Positions 31,337 to 32,224 of a stretch of DNA of 32,224 nt are shown here, one piece after another. The stretch's first letter is position 1, and every line of letters begins with the position of its first letter. Location: contig NC_068996.1 of the NCBI RefSeq assembly GCF_001194135.2, positions 37,444,258-37,476,481 on the forward strand. The letters are read 5' to 3'. Origin of the DNA: Octopus bimaculoides. Lineage: Eukaryota. Both the position numbers and the translations under genes were made by a program. Under the pieces are notes generated by a model. It ran no database searches. It was not told where the DNA came from and saw nothing but the letters and a program-made list of their open reading frames with translations.

Positions 31337-31475
31337 AAGCATCAAATGTGCAAGAGAGATGACTATGCTGGTATGGTCATGTGTTATGTATGGATGAGGA
31401 CAGCTGTATGAGGAAGTGCCACTCACTAACTGTGGAAGGAACCTGTGGAAGAGGTAGACCCAGGAAGACATGGGA
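31337..31475. other. 139-bp mini-contig identical to 30743-30881 (assembly artefact)
   Basis: Exact copy, including copy-specific lesions, bounded by 10-N and 100-N gaps. Confidence 0.85.
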
Positions 31476-32224
31476 NNNNNNNNNNNNNNNNNNNNNNNNN
31501 NNNNNNNNNNNNNNNNNNNNNNNNNNNNNNNNNNNNNNNNNNNNNNNNNNNNNNNNNNNNNNNNNNNNNNNNNNNTAGATGCCTGTTCTAACATCAATTA
31601 CTTTACAGTACTGGGTTTAATGTTTTTCATAACACCAGTACTACAGAGGCTTTCTTGCCATTGGAAAGTTTATATAATCAATTCATCAACTGCTATATAG
31701 ATATAGATTGTGCTGGATGCATTTACCATGGCACCAGGATTGCCTTGTGACTTTCAAGGCCAAAAAGCATTCATGCCTGAAAAAGCAGCAGGTAAAATAT
31801 GATGGAAAGAACATTTATTCTTGCAAGAAGGATGGTAGTAGAGATAGTAACAGATGAAACAGTGTTGGGTGGGGTGGGGTGGGATGGGGATAGGTAGATG
31901 GTGGTAATGATAGAGAAGAGAGAGGAAAAGGAAAGGGAAAGTGTAGTATTAAATATTAATATGAGAAAGAAGGGCAGAGAGTTAAATATGATGGGGATAA
32001 GGGTTTAGTAGGGGGTCAGTACTGTTCCATCTTATATACCATCTTCATTATTTTACATTTGCTTTCCAGGCTGGTTATGAGATGGACAGTTCATCAGGTT
32101 CCAAGCCAATTCTTACTGGAGTTTCAGCTCTCTTGAAACGGTTGTAGGAACACATCTTACTCAGATATCTCAGTTTCAGTATGGTTTCTACTGCTGAGTA
32201 TCCTTCTCAACACCATCCTTTCCA

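Larger units (their letters stand above)
2801..31575. other. 13 assembly gaps (N runs)
   Basis: 2801-3214, 4624-4998, 8992-9308, 10502-11363, 14440-14449, 16322-16378, 17328-17978, 20238-20444, 23299-23308, 23595-23859, 25562-26208, 31327-31336, 31476-31575. Confidence 1.

Overview
AT-rich, repeat-dominated eukaryotic DNA from a fragmented draft assembly, with 13 N-gaps totalling about 3.9 kb (12%). The tRNA-headed SINE types, abundant RTE LINEs with (GAT)n tails and very dense microsatellites suggest a coleoid cephalopod, probably Octopus (inference, not verified). No intact host gene, RNA gene, CRISPR array or prokaryotic system is supported. The window is a layered transposon graveyard: two tRNA-derived SINE families (about 15 copies or fragments), two RTE LINE lineages, a Neptune-like Penelope element (RT + GIY-YIG), two mariner remnants, a hAT (Tip100/ZMYM1-like) transposase remnant, and several MITE or foldback elements with readable TIRs and TSDs. 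I did not find a convincing new biological system. The best leads are two degenerate minimal hammerhead-ribozyme motifs, two unclassified long hairpin/foldback elements, recurrent SINE-into-SINE junctions at one site, an Hsmar1-like mariner, and nested insertions that give a relative chronology. Most long ORFs in the supplied track are artefacts of N-runs or microsatellites. All alignments and family assignments were made by eye from recalled motifs; no search was run.
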